Source: a virus
Reading direction: 5' to 3' (one strand)
DNA length: 64,000 bases
IMG/VR virus record: IMGVR_UViG_3300025141_008753
Span: 3,677-67,676 of that record
The notes beneath the pieces are model-generated. The model did not search any database. It was given only the letters and a program-made list of their open reading frames with translations, and was not told the origin of the DNA. Of the stretch, positions 9,907-20,508 are shown piece after piece (position 1 is the stretch's first letter; each line of letters opens with the position of its first letter). The translations under genes and the position numbers were made by a program.

Positions 9907-10191
9907 ATGGCATTAATCCCAAATGGAAATAGAGTAATCGTGCAGAGAAAAACTGCAGAAAGCGAGACCGCTGGTGGTATTATTATCCCCGGAGCGGAGG
10001 AGAAGAAGTTGAACGAAGGAGTAATTGTTGCCGTGGGTCCGGACTGTAAGGACTACATGGTAAACGGTGAATATGTAATTTTTGACGCCTTTGCAGGCAA
10101 AGAAGTCCATCACGAAGGTGAAGACTACGCAGTGTTGGAGGAAGATGATATTGTTGTTTTCGTGAGAGGAGCGGAAGGAGCTGAGGTATAA
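9907..10191 (+). CDS. groES: Co-chaperonin GroES
   Basis: PNGNRVIV...TAGGIIIP...GVIVAVGP. Confidence 0.9.
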   Translation: MALIPNGNRVIVQRKTAESETAGGIIIPGAEEKKLNEGVIVAVGPDCKDYMVNGEYVIFDAFAGKEVHHEGEDYAVLEEDDIVVFVRGAEGAEV

Positions 10192-12107
10192 TGGGGTTTG
10201 AAATACCTAAAGACTCCCTATCCGAAACTATCTTTATGGATAAGTACGCATATCCGGGAGAGACCTCTTGGAAGGAGCTTTCTAAAAGGGTGGCTCGCCA
10301 CGCTTCAGACCCTGAGTTCCCTGAGAACCGGGAGAAGATTGAGACCAAGTTTTATGAGGCAATTAATTCAGGAGATTTCTGTCCGGGCGGACGTATTTTG
10401 TTTGGTTCTGGTAGAAGTAAGCAGAATCTTTTGAACTGTTATGTCCTAGACCCAGAAGACTCAGTAGAGAGCATCGGAAAGGTTATCTCGGATATGTACA
10501 AAATATCTTGTGGAGGAGGTGGAATAGGGTTTAACTTTTCCAAGATTAGACCTAAAGGGGATGACATTCAGAATATTAAGAACTCTGCACCGGGCTCTAT
10601 ATCCGTGATGAGGATGATTAATGAGATTGGCAACCATGTACGCGCAGGTAAGAACCGTCGCACGGCACTAATGTCCATACTCAGTATCACTCACCCCGAT
10701 TTTCTAGAATTTCTAAAAGTAAAATTAGACCGTAAGGAGCTTACCAATTTTAATATCTCTGTAGCTATCACCAAGCCTTTCTTGGAAGCTGTGGAAAAAG
10801 ACGAAGAGTGGTACTTTACTTTCGGAGGTCGTCAGAATAAGTATTACGTTTACGAGGTAGACCGTGCATCGACCGCAGGGGTAGCGCCTCTTAACCACAC
10901 TATTGAAGTTGTGGCTAAGTCGGAAGAGGATGCTATTGGTCGTGCGGAATTACACCACTTAAGTCACCCTGATGATACTTTTGCCAATGCAAGGAAAAAA
11001 GAAATTCGTGCTAGGGACTTATGGACCACTATTGTGGATAACGCAATTGAATCCGGAGAACCCGGTATTTTTAACATTGATTTTGCAAATGAATACACTA
11101 ACGTTTCTTACTTTGAGCACATGCCTTCTACTAACCCCTGTGGCGAAGAAGTTCTTCCAGCATACGGTAACTGTTGCCTTGGTCATGTCAATCTTGCTAA
11201 TATGGTTGACCTTGACGGCAACGTGGACTGGCGTAGGATGGCTCGTACGATTCGTACGGGCGTGCGGTTCTTGGATAACATCCTTACCGTCAACCATTTT
11301 CCAATTGAAGAATGTAATGAAGCTGGAACCCGAAGTAGACGTGTCGGCTTGGGAGTTACCGGTCTTCACTACTTCCTCATCAAAGCGGGATACAAATACG
11401 GGTCTGAATCGTGTCTTGAATTCCTGGAACGGTTATTCGCAACGATAAGAAATGAGGCGTATAAAGCATCCATGTATCTTGCGAGGGAGAAAGGAAGTTT
11501 TGCCGCTTATGATTGGGGTAAATTAAAAGATGAGAAGTTCTTTAAAACGTTACCTTCCAGGATACGCTCTGACGTTAAGAAGAATGGGTTGAGAAATGCC
11601 GTCCTCCTTACTGTTGCTCCAACTGGAACTATCAGCATGGTACTCGGAGTCTCCACTGGTCTTGAGCCGATATTTGCCCCTGTCTACAAACGTAGGTGGC
11701 GCACTGGCACTGATGGCGTCTGGAATGAGACTCATGTCATCGATAATCTATTTAAGCAGCTATATCTTCGTGGAAGAGACATTTCTCACTGTGTGGGTGC
11801 GTATGATGTTACTCCGGAAGAGCATATTAAGGTACAGGCGGTTGTACAGTCGTATATTGATTCGGCGGTTTCAAAGACGTGTAATTTGCCGTCGGACTAC
11901 AAGCCAGAAAACTTGTACGACGAACTCTTGACGTATGCTAATGATATGAAAGGGTTTACGTTCTATCGCGCAGGGTCTAGAGGTAACGAACCTTTAGAAG
12001 CTGTTGATATTAGCAGTATAGACCTAGATAACTTAATAACAAAAGGCAAAATTTCCGCTGAATCTAGGTCTGTAGATTCGTGCAAAAATGGAGTCTGCGA
12101 GCTATAA
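10191..12107 (+). CDS. nrdJ: Class II (B12-dependent) ribonucleotide reductase
   Basis: PGGRIL, NCYV, TNPCGE, APTGTIS, KGFTFYRAGSR (no class I YY pair), C-terminal CKNGVC; no beta subunit in the window. Confidence 0.85.
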   Translation: MGFEIPKDSLSETIFMDKYAYPGETSWKELSKRVARHASDPEFPENREKIETKFYEAINSGDFCPGGRILFGSGRSKQNLLNCYVLDPEDSVESIGKVISDMYKISCGGGGIGFNFSKIRPKGDDIQNIKNSAPGSISVMRMINEIGNHVRAGKNRRTALMSILSITHPDFLEFLKVKLDRKELTNFNISVAITKPFLEAVEKDEEWYFTFGGRQNKYYVYEVDRASTAGVAPLNHTIEVVAKSEEDAIGRAELHHLSHPDDTFANARKKEIRARDLWTTIVDNAIESGEPGIFNIDFANEYTNVSYFEHMPSTNPCGEEVLPAYGNCCLGHVNLANMVDLDGNVDWRRMARTIRTGVRFLDNILTVNHFPIEECNEAGTRSRRVGLGVTGLHYFLIKAGYKYGSESCLEFLERLFATIRNEAYKASMYLAREKGSFAAYDWGKLKDEKFFKTLPSRIRSDVKKNGLRNAVLLTVAPTGTISMVLGVSTGLEPIFAPVYKRRWRTGTDGVWNETHVIDNLFKQLYLRGRDISHCVGAYDVTPEEHIKVQAVVQSYIDSAVSKTCNLPSDYKPENLYDELLTYANDMKGFTFYRAGSRGNEPLEAVDISSIDLDNLITKGKISAESRSVDSCKNGVCEL

Positions 12108-12113
12108 TAAACT

Positions 12114-12608
12114 ATGCCAACTTACATGTACTACTGCAAGAAGTGCGATGCCAACTTCGACAACATCAGCTCATACGAGAAGATGAAGAAGGAGTTGACG
12201 TGTCCGGAGTGCAGTAAGAGAAGGTGCCCGCGCTCTTATGATATGAGTAAGTGCAGAGGTCCCAAAGCGGGGGTTTTGGTTAAAGGCGGAGGAACTCCTA
12301 AGTTCTACCATACCGGTGAGGCACGCGCCAAAAGCGAGCACCGTTGGATGGAAAATCAAATTGACGCCACGAAGGAAGCTCTTCAGTTTAAGAAGGGCGC
12401 AAGCCCCTATTCTAGTTACAAACTAAATAATGAAGCTTTGGAAAAATCAGGTGTCGCGAAACGGGTCACTGGTGACGAAGCTAAAGACAGAAAGAAAACC
12501 GCGCATAAACGTAACCTAAGGGCAGCAGAGTCTGCCAACAAGGAAATGTCGCAACTCGACAAAGACCACATAAGCGGGCAACAAGGAAATGTCGATAAAA
12601 AGAACTAA
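12114..12608 (+). CDS. FmdB-like zinc-ribbon protein
   Basis: MPTYMYYCKKC...CPEC. Confidence 0.7.
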   Translation: MPTYMYYCKKCDANFDNISSYEKMKKELTCPECSKRRCPRSYDMSKCRGPKAGVLVKGGGTPKFYHTGEARAKSEHRWMENQIDATKEALQFKKGASPYSSYKLNNEALEKSGVAKRVTGDEAKDRKKTAHKRNLRAAESANKEMSQLDKDHISGQQGNVDKKN

Positions 12609-12633
12609 TTACACTGGATACACAAAATTTAAA

Positions 12634-13080
12634 ATGGATGGAATACTAATTAATAACCGTTCTGATAATCCCAACCCCGAATACGCTACAGAAGGCTCTG
12701 CAGGATTCGACATACGGGCTGACCAGGACATCACTATACCACCCGGAGAAACCGTGGTGATTGGCACTGGGCTATATTTCGCAGTACCTCAAGGATTTGA
12801 GGCACAAATACGAATGCGCTCTAGTTTGGCTATACGGGGATTGACTATCCCAAATGCTCCTGGAACCATCGATTCGGATTACCGAGGCGAGGTTAAGGTT
12901 GTAATGCATAATATGAGCAAACAAGGTTACGTGGTTGAACACGGAGACCGTATCGCGCAAGTCGTTGTAGCGCCTGTAGTTAAAACTACACCATATTTTC
13001 TTTCTAAAAAAGAGTTCCTAGACGTCTCTCTTATGACTATAAGAGGTGAAGGGGGATTCGGTTCAACAGGAAGAAACTAA
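12634..13080 (+). CDS. dut: Trimeric dUTPase
   Basis: SAGFDI, RSSLA, GTIDSDYRGE, RIAQ, RGEGGFGSTG; start could be 12589. Confidence 0.95.
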   Translation: MDGILINNRSDNPNPEYATEGSAGFDIRADQDITIPPGETVVIGTGLYFAVPQGFEAQIRMRSSLAIRGLTIPNAPGTIDSDYRGEVKVVMHNMSKQGYVVEHGDRIAQVVVAPVVKTTPYFLSKKEFLDVSLMTIRGEGGFGSTGRN

Positions 13081-14366
13081 TGGCATATCAATTTCAAGAT
13101 TCAATTCAACGAGGGTTACTTTATCTGGCAAAGTCAGAGGAGAACTTTCTGGTACAGGTGATGCCTATGGTGAAGGCGGATTACTTTGAGTTTCCGTCCC
13201 ATCAAAAGTTTTACTCGATTATTAAGGACCATTATCAAGCATACCGCGCCCTTCCTTCGGATGACCAAATCCTAGAAGAGGCTAAAGGGCTTAAAAGCGA
13301 TAACGAACTTTTAGCTGACTTCAGAGATGAGTTAGACGCTCTTAACAGCGTAGACGAGAAGTCTATTCAAAATGAAGAGTACTACTTGGATTTGGTTGAG
13401 GAGTTCGCCAAGGAACAAGCCTTAAAGGACGCTATTATAAATTCTTTGGACCTTTTGAAAAGCAAGAAATTTGGAGAAATAGAAGCCGAGTTCCGCACTG
13501 CTCTTACTATTAGCAGAGATGTTGATTTAGGGTCCGACTACTTCACAGGTATTGAGGAACGATGGAACCGTATTAACAGTTCTAGTTTAGATGTTCAGTA
13601 CCGGACGCCCTTCGGAACTGTCAACGAACAGCTTGAGGGAGGGTTATGCTCCAAAGAGCTTGCTATGGTTGTAGCTCCTCCAGGAGTGGGTAAGTCTTTG
13701 TTCTTAGCTAATCAAGGGGCACGTTCTGTCTTGGACGGAAAGAACGTTCTATACATCTCCTTGGAAATGGCGGAAGACAGGGTCGCCCAACGGTTCGACA
13801 GCATTTTCACACGTATCCGACAAAAGGAATTAGCGGGGAAGGTGGGTACACTGAAAGAGCGGTTAGAAGAAATTTCAGACGCCGTAGATGGAAGAGGGAA
13901 GCTTAAGATTAAGGAGTTCCCTACGAAGCGTTTAACTATCGCTGCTCTTAGGGCTTACTTAAACCAATTACAGAACTACGAGGACTTTGTACCTGACGTT
14001 CTTATTATTGATTACTTAGAACTGCTGACGACGGACGCACAGCTCGCAGAGTATTCCGCGCAAGAAAGACTAGCACAGGAACTTCGGGGCATTGCCGTAG
14101 AGAACAATCTGTTAGTATGGACAGCCACACAGACAAATCGTGAGGGTAGGAAAGTAAACATTATCACTGACGCCGAGCTAGCAGATTCTTACGGTAAGAT
14201 TCGTGTCTGCGACTTGGTATTTTCAATCAATCAATCCGAGCAAGAGTTTGATGAATCTAAAGCGCGTTTGTACATTATGAAATCTCGTAACGGCAAGGCT
14301 AGGTTTATTGTTCCTGTTAGGATTAACTACTCAACATTAGTAGTATCACAAGAAAATGGCATCTAA
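13080..14366 (+). CDS. Replicative DnaB/gp41-like helicase
   Basis: APPGVGKS, YISLEM, IIDYLEL, WTATQTNR, KSRNG. Confidence 0.92.
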   Translation: MAYQFQDSIQRGLLYLAKSEENFLVQVMPMVKADYFEFPSHQKFYSIIKDHYQAYRALPSDDQILEEAKGLKSDNELLADFRDELDALNSVDEKSIQNEEYYLDLVEEFAKEQALKDAIINSLDLLKSKKFGEIEAEFRTALTISRDVDLGSDYFTGIEERWNRINSSSLDVQYRTPFGTVNEQLEGGLCSKELAMVVAPPGVGKSLFLANQGARSVLDGKNVLYISLEMAEDRVAQRFDSIFTRIRQKELAGKVGTLKERLEEISDAVDGRGKLKIKEFPTKRLTIAALRAYLNQLQNYEDFVPDVLIIDYLELLTTDAQLAEYSAQERLAQELRGIAVENNLLVWTATQTNREGRKVNIITDAELADSYGKIRVCDLVFSINQSEQEFDESKARLYIMKSRNGKARFIVPVRINYSTLVVSQENGI

Positions 14367-14709
14367 AAAACTAAAACTAAAAATTAGAGAACACCCTAGC
14401 ACGTTGTATATTGGGTTTAAGAAGTTCGATATCGTACAGGAATGTTTATCAAAGGATAGCCTGTATGGATGCGTAGAATTCCCTAAAGCAAAAATAACAA
14501 TCGACCCTAATCAGTCAGACGTTGATTACAAGGGAACGTTATTACATGAAATTTGCCATGTAGGTTTTGATTTGTTTGGCTTGGGTGATGATGATGAAAT
14601 GCCCCAAATGGGAAATGAGTACCTTACTACTGTAACAAGTAATATGTTTCAAATGTTAGTAGGACTAAACAAAGAACTTTTTGATTTTATCTTTAGTGAA
14701 AATGAGTGA
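14356..14709 (+). CDS. Small HExxH metallopeptidase-like protein
   Basis: TLLHEICH motif preceded by YG...ITID. Confidence 0.6.
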   Translation: MASKKLKLKIREHPSTLYIGFKKFDIVQECLSKDSLYGCVEFPKAKITIDPNQSDVDYKGTLLHEICHVGFDLFGLGDDDEMPQMGNEYLTTVTSNMFQMLVGLNKELFDFIFSENE

Positions 14710-15157
14710 TTCCGGACCCGACATTAAAAGTGTATACGATGCTTTGGAAGAATCCTATATGGAAATTACAAAGAAGTATATCAGCATTAACGAATCTAAT
14801 TTTCAAGATAAGATGGTAAGGCACCCTTCTATCTTCGCTTTCTTTGGAGGCATATTAGCATACGCTAAAAAAGAAGTAGAACGAGTAGACACTTTGTTTG
14901 AAACACGAGAAGCAGAGATTAGAGAAGAAAGGCGAGAGGAGCTATCCTCCTCTGGAAAGAAAGTAACTGACCGTGCGTTGGACGCCTACCTCCGCACTGT
15001 CCCTGAGCTGCAAACCCTAAAACAGGGCGTGATAAGAAAATCTTACAAATTTAATTTAGCTAAGAATATTCTGTCCAGTTTGGAGCATCAGAAGGATATA
15101 ATAATACAACTGAGCGCTAACCGCCGTGCGGAAGCGAAACTAATTGAACAACTGTAA
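14702..15157 (+). CDS. UvsY-like recombination mediator
   Basis: Helical ~150-aa protein, KVTDRALDAYL; lies between helicase and SSB. Confidence 0.55.
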   Translation: MSDSGPDIKSVYDALEESYMEITKKYISINESNFQDKMVRHPSIFAFFGGILAYAKKEVERVDTLFETREAEIREERREELSSSGKKVTDRALDAYLRTVPELQTLKQGVIRKSYKFNLAKNILSSLEHQKDIIIQLSANRRAEAKLIEQL

Positions 15158-15166
15158 AAAAATAAA

Positions 15167-15937
15167 ATGGTAAATTTAAACGAACTACGTAAAAAATACG
15201 AACAAATTAATAATCCTGGAGGAGGTGGCAACACTGATTTCCTTAGCAAGTTTTTTATGATGGAAGAGGGCACATCTGTTGTCCGTGTTCTTCCTTGGAA
15301 AGACGATAGCCAAGAATTCTACACCGAAACCGCAATTCACCGATTGGATGATAAGAACTACCACTGCCCCCGTGTTAAGGGTGGTAAGTGCCCCGTGTGC
15401 GATACATACTACGATTTGTGGAAGCAGATTAATGTTATCGGTAAGGAAACACCTGAAGGTAAGGAGCTAGCTGAGTTAGCTCGTGGTATTAAGGCTCGCA
15501 AGCGTTTCTACTTGAATGTAGTTGACCGCCGCGACGAAAAGGTTAAGATTCTTTCTGTGGGGCAAAAGCTCTTCGGTAAGATTCTTGATTGTTTCTTTGA
15601 TGAAGACTTTGGAGATATCACTGACTTAAAAGAAGGTTGGGATTTTAAGATTGTAAAAGACACTCAAGGACAGTGGCCGAATTATGATAAGTCTGCTCCT
15701 AAACCAAAACAAAGTGAAGCAGGTACTGATGCTGAAACTGCGACTTGGATGGACGAACTTCATGATATTCACGGTCTTGTTAAAGTAGCAGACTATGAAG
15801 AGCTTAGGCAAATGATGATGTCTTTAACCGGACAGTCTGAGCCCAAAACGATTGCAGAAATCGAGGCTACGGCGTCAGAAGAAGATACTACCGAGGAAGA
15901 TTACCTCTCACACTTAAAGAATCTTAAGGTCGACTAG
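15167..15937 (+). CDS. gp32-like ssDNA-binding protein
   Basis: VRVLP, H...CP...CPVC zinc site, RFYLNV, DITDLKEGWDF, acidic C-terminus. Confidence 0.85.
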   Translation: MVNLNELRKKYEQINNPGGGGNTDFLSKFFMMEEGTSVVRVLPWKDDSQEFYTETAIHRLDDKNYHCPRVKGGKCPVCDTYYDLWKQINVIGKETPEGKELAELARGIKARKRFYLNVVDRRDEKVKILSVGQKLFGKILDCFFDEDFGDITDLKEGWDFKIVKDTQGQWPNYDKSAPKPKQSEAGTDAETATWMDELHDIHGLVKVADYEELRQMMMSLTGQSEPKTIAEIEATASEEDTTEEDYLSHLKNLKVD

Positions 15938-17139
15938 TGAAAGAGAAGCGGAAGCTTAGAATTCTGGCATGCCCCTCTAACGAAGGGGGGTGTGCCTACT
16001 ACCGTATTATAATGCCACTACAAAAGTTGGAAGAGAAGTGCGGGGACGAAGTAGAGATTAGATGGAACTCTAATCCGTTAGGGGCTGACCCCAAGACAGG
16101 CAAAACACTGCCGGATTGGGAGCCTACTGACTTTGAATGGGCTGACATTGTTTTTACCCAGAACATTCATAACTTTGGAGGTCATTACACTGTGAATATT
16201 TTAAAATGTGCTTTTGACCACGGATGTTTCACCCACTTTGATACAGACGACTTACTTACAGATTTATATGAGGGGCACCGCCTGTACAAAGTATACAAAG
16301 AACAAAAGTTAGATGAGATAACCAAGTTTATTTATAGTAATGTAGACTTGGTTACCGTTACTCAGCGAAAGTTTGCTGAGCGCATCATGCCTTATGTACG
16401 TAATGCATTGGTTGTGATTAAAAACGCAATCGACTTTAATCTACCAAGCTGGAATGTCCCTCGGATGTCCACTAAGCAGTGTAGAATCGGATGGGCTGGG
16501 GGTATCCACCACGACGTGGACGTTAAAGAGTTTGCCAGCGTACCTTTAGGAGTAAATTCTAAATGCGGGGTTGAAAATATTCATTGGGGATTCTACGGTA
16601 GACCGCCTATGCCTATGGAAGATGGGAAACCAAAACCTGACTGGCAACAAGATGTATGGGATGGTTATGAACGTACAATGACTATAGGCATGAAAGGCAA
16701 GAGAAAGAACTACGACATTTTCTTCGCTTTACCATGCCACGAGTACGGAAAAATGTTTTCTAACATGGACTTGTGTATAGCCCCCCTAGAACATAACGCG
16801 TTTAATGACTCTAAATCAGAGATTAAAGCTATTGAAGCAGGTCACTACGGACTCCCTTTGATTGCTACAAACACTGGCTGTTATGACGAGTTAATTGTGA
16901 ACGGCGAAACCGGGTTTTTAATCGACCCCGAAAACAAAAGGAAAGATTGGGTCAATGCCATTTCTAAAGTAGTTAAGGATAAAAAACTACGTGACAGAAT
17001 GGGGCGCAATTTAAAGAAGATTGTAGATGAAAATTACGATATTAATAATATTGTACAAGGACGTTTAGAGTTATACCAGCAATTAATGGATGCAAAAACT
17101 AAAGCTATGGAGATGCATAATGCCAAAGCATTATCTTAG
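15937..17139 (+). CDS. GT-B (GT4-like) glycosyltransferase
   Basis: GCAYYRI, FDTDD, IGWAGG, APLEHNAFNDSKSEIKAIE. Confidence 0.85.
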   Translation: MKEKRKLRILACPSNEGGCAYYRIIMPLQKLEEKCGDEVEIRWNSNPLGADPKTGKTLPDWEPTDFEWADIVFTQNIHNFGGHYTVNILKCAFDHGCFTHFDTDDLLTDLYEGHRLYKVYKEQKLDEITKFIYSNVDLVTVTQRKFAERIMPYVRNALVVIKNAIDFNLPSWNVPRMSTKQCRIGWAGGIHHDVDVKEFASVPLGVNSKCGVENIHWGFYGRPPMPMEDGKPKPDWQQDVWDGYERTMTIGMKGKRKNYDIFFALPCHEYGKMFSNMDLCIAPLEHNAFNDSKSEIKAIEAGHYGLPLIATNTGCYDELIVNGETGFLIDPENKRKDWVNAISKVVKDKKLRDRMGRNLKKIVDENYDINNIVQGRLELYQQLMDAKTKAMEMHNAKALS

Positions 17140-17938
17140 TATAGTTGCGTGTCTAAAGAATGAAGCGCCTAATATTGTAGAATGGTTAGAGTTTCATAAG
17201 TTGGTCGGCGCTGAACATTTCTACTTGTATGATAACGAAAGTACTGACAACACCAAAGAAGTTCTGCAGCCCTACGTAGACGCTGGGGAAGTATCTTTAT
17301 TTTATACTGACATGGACAACTGTCAGTTTGCGTGTTACTATAACGCTTTAACAGCTTATCGAGACCAGTCCGTATGGATGGCTTTTATAGACTTGGATGA
17401 GTTTTTGTTTTCTCCCGAAGGCGAGTTAATCGAGAACCTTAAAGAGTTTGAAACGAAATGTCCCGGCATAGCCGTTAACGAAGTATTCTTTGGGTCGAAT
17501 AACCACCTTACTAGACCAGACGGATTAGTAATAGAGAATTATACTAAAAGAGAGAAGGAACTTAATAAACACATAAAGAGTATCTGCCAGCCGAACTACA
17601 CGCTTTGTCCTGCAAACAACCCGCACTCATTTGTTTACATGCAGGGACAGGCTATTACAGAAAACGGAGAGGTATGTGGAGGAGCTTTTACCGAAACTCA
17701 TAGTTCTGATAAGTTTAGGATACACCATTACTTTTCTAAATCTAAAGAAGAGGCTGAAGTAAAACTTAATCGCGGTCGGGCGGATGTTCCTAAAAGGGAC
17801 CCAATGTTCCGATACGGCACAGGGCTAGATGATTTTAGTTTTGATGATTATTGCGCTGGAGCAAACGATGTTGAAGATATGGCAATGTTAAAGTACGTAC
17901 CAGAATTAAAGAGGATAATTGATGAAAGAGAAAATTAA
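17120..17938 (+). CDS. GT-A (GT92/GT2-like) glycosyltransferase
   Basis: KNEAPNIVEWLEFH, YDNESTD, WMAFIDLDEF, IHHYFSKS. Confidence 0.85.
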   Translation: MPKHYLSIVACLKNEAPNIVEWLEFHKLVGAEHFYLYDNESTDNTKEVLQPYVDAGEVSLFYTDMDNCQFACYYNALTAYRDQSVWMAFIDLDEFLFSPEGELIENLKEFETKCPGIAVNEVFFGSNNHLTRPDGLVIENYTKREKELNKHIKSICQPNYTLCPANNPHSFVYMQGQAITENGEVCGGAFTETHSSDKFRIHHYFSKSKEEAEVKLNRGRADVPKRDPMFRYGTGLDDFSFDDYCAGANDVEDMAMLKYVPELKRIIDEREN

Positions 17939-18716
17939 AATTTTGACGGGGTGGTCTAACCCTGGAGGCTCTACCGTAGCTCTTATTAATTTATGTAACT
18001 TATTAAATGAAAGAGGTTATGACTGTACTATGTACGGTCCACACGGATGGCACATTAAACAGTGCAAGTCGGGATGGCTTAATGAATGCCCCTTAAACGA
18101 AGTTAACGAGCGATTGATTGTGCACTTTTTACGCTTGCCTGCGCGCCCTACGGAATCGGAGGCTGTTGTTTTGGCTTGTCACGAGAAGGACGTGTTTCCT
18201 ATAAAAGATGTGCCGTGTTACTGGGACGAGACAGTCTTCGTATCGAAGACGCAGAAGGAATGGCAGGGCACAGAAGGCGTGGTAATCCCTAATGTTATAG
18301 CGCCTCTCGCTCCCCCTAAACTAGTGGTCTTAGGTAAGCCCGCAGGTATTATAGGAAGTATAGACGAGAATAAGAATGTTCATGTATCAATTGAACGCGC
18401 CGTTAAGGACGGACACAAAGACATCAAACTATACGGCATAGTAACGGACCAGCCTTACTATGATAAGTATGTAAAGTCTTACGTAGAGGAAGGCACCGCT
18501 ACGGTGATGGGGCACGAGGACAACAAACAAGAAATGTATGACTCAATCTCTTGTGTATATCACTCATCTAAAAGTGAAACTTTTAATCTAGTTAAAGCAG
18601 AGTGCAAAAAAACAAACACTCCGTACCACGGTCTAGACTCAGCTGAATCAGGCGCTGAGGACTGGACAGACTCCCAAATTTTAAACGCATGGAAAACCGC
18701 ACTAAACTTGTCGTAA
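17922..18716 (+). CDS. Putative GT-B glycosyltransferase
   Basis: PGGSTVA, VFVS, IPNVI, SKSETF. Confidence 0.65.
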   Translation: MKEKIKILTGWSNPGGSTVALINLCNLLNERGYDCTMYGPHGWHIKQCKSGWLNECPLNEVNERLIVHFLRLPARPTESEAVVLACHEKDVFPIKDVPCYWDETVFVSKTQKEWQGTEGVVIPNVIAPLAPPKLVVLGKPAGIIGSIDENKNVHVSIERAVKDGHKDIKLYGIVTDQPYYDKYVKSYVEEGTATVMGHEDNKQEMYDSISCVYHSSKSETFNLVKAECKKTNTPYHGLDSAESGAEDWTDSQILNAWKTALNLS

Positions 18717-19756
18717 CAGTAACCGGGATTCGTCCGGACTTTATCCGTATGTCCAAGGTGTTTAAAGCTTTGGACGACGACCCGGACATTGAACATGTCC
18801 TTGTTCATACAGGTCAGCACTATGATGAGCTATTGTCAGGGGTATTTTTTGACGAGCTAGACATTAGAGAGCCAGATTACAATTTAGCTATTGGTGACGG
18901 AGGATGTACGCATTACGAACAGCTAGGCAGAGTATCAACACGCCTTATTGAGTTGTTTAAAAAAGAAAGTCTTCACCCTCACGTCGTTATGTTTCTAGGA
19001 GATTCTAATTCGGTCGGGGCGGCTTTCCCTTTAAAGAAAGAAGGTTACAAGGTAGCTCATATAGAAGCGGGTATGAGGTCAGGAGATAAGAGAATGTTAG
19101 AGGAGATTAACAGGATTGTGTGCGACCACTGCTCAGACGTTCATTTCGTATATCACGAGGATTACAAACAGAACCTTCTAAGAGAGGGGTTACCGGAAGA
19201 AAACATCTTTGTAGTAGGTAATACTATCGTTGAACCTCTCTCAGAAATATGGGAACCTTCTACCCCCTCTAATGATTACATTTTAATGGATATACATAGA
19301 CCAGAGAATTTCAAACACTCTCATAGAATGTCACGTATTATGCTATTTGCTAATAAATGTGCCGAAAGGTTTGGAGTTCCTGTAAAAATGGTAGCATGGG
19401 GCAGGACGTTATCTGCCTTGGAACCGTTGAACATGGGTAATGTAGAGTTATCCCCATTGATGTCTTATAAAGATTATATAAAAGCTCAGTGGAATTCTAA
19501 ATTTATAATCTCTGATTCAGGCACGGCACAAGAAGAACCTTCCTTAATGCACGTCCCTGTTATAGTACCTCGGGATTTTACCGAGAGACCTCAATCTGTT
19601 GAGCATGGATGTTCCTACATGCTGAAGGTAGATGATATGGACTCATGGGAAGAGCCTATCCGCTGGGTAGAAGAGTGGGAAGGTTGTTATAGCCGTTGGC
19701 TCGGAGACGGGAACACATCACAGGAGATAGTAAAATGCTTAAAGTCTCGATTGTAA
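18689..19756 (+). CDS. wecB: UDP-N-acetylglucosamine 2-epimerase (non-hydrolysing type)
   Basis: GIRPDFI, HTGQHYD, HIEAGMRS, HRPEN, SDSGTAQEE. Confidence 0.9.
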   Translation: MENRTKLVVTVTGIRPDFIRMSKVFKALDDDPDIEHVLVHTGQHYDELLSGVFFDELDIREPDYNLAIGDGGCTHYEQLGRVSTRLIELFKKESLHPHVVMFLGDSNSVGAAFPLKKEGYKVAHIEAGMRSGDKRMLEEINRIVCDHCSDVHFVYHEDYKQNLLREGLPEENIFVVGNTIVEPLSEIWEPSTPSNDYILMDIHRPENFKHSHRMSRIMLFANKCAERFGVPVKMVAWGRTLSALEPLNMGNVELSPLMSYKDYIKAQWNSKFIISDSGTAQEEPSLMHVPVIVPRDFTERPQSVEHGCSYMLKVDDMDSWEEPIRWVEEWEGCYSRWLGDGNTSQEIVKCLKSRL

Positions 19757-20508
19757 TGTCTTACTATAACCGCAGGGCACAGTTCCTGCGGACGTTATCT
19801 ACTATACAAAAAACTAAGTATACGAATTACGAAGTTATTGTTGTAGATGATGGTAGTGTAGAAGAGCATAGGTTAGAAGATGTAGACGGTATAAAGTTAA
19901 TACGGACAGAGCCGGAAACGAAAAATTACATTAATCCTTGCATACCTTTTAACAGAGGGTTTAAAGAAGCCACAGGAGATATTGTTATCTTACAAAACCC
20001 CGAGTGTTTGCATTTAGGAGATGTTATATCTCATGCGAAGGATAACGTTACTGATGAAAATTATATTTCTTACGAGTGTTACTCGTTCGACGAATTTATA
20101 ACTAAAAGGTTGCCGGACGATATAACCCACGAAGGAATGGATAGGATAAAGAGCATCCTTCCCCAGTTACCACAGCAACCTCCCGAAGCAGGGCAGTGCG
20201 GGTGGTATAATCACAATAATATAAAACCTACGGGGTATCACTTTACATCTGCTATAACAAAAAAGAATCTGGACACTTTAAAAGGTTTCGATGAGCAGTT
20301 TGCTCATGGCATAGGATTTGATGATGATGAGTTTTTGGCTAGAGTGAAGCATCTCGGTCTCGAAGTTGTCATACCTTCAGCCCCGCCTATGTCTGTTCAC
20401 CAATGGCACTATTCGTCAGGTGGATTTGAGGCGGAAGCAAGTAAAGACTGGAGCTTATTTCATAGGAACAGGGCTCTGTACGAACAATTAAAAAATAGTT
20501 TAAAATGA
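19735..20508 (+). CDS. GT2-family glycosyltransferase
   Basis: VSIVMSYYNR, VVDDGS, GFDEQF...GFDDDEF. Confidence 0.85.
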   Translation: MLKVSIVMSYYNRRAQFLRTLSTIQKTKYTNYEVIVVDDGSVEEHRLEDVDGIKLIRTEPETKNYINPCIPFNRGFKEATGDIVILQNPECLHLGDVISHAKDNVTDENYISYECYSFDEFITKRLPDDITHEGMDRIKSILPQLPQQPPEAGQCGWYNHNNIKPTGYHFTSAITKKNLDTLKGFDEQFAHGIGFDDDEFLARVKHLGLEVVIPSAPPMSVHQWHYSSGGFEAEASKDWSLFHRNRALYEQLKNSLK

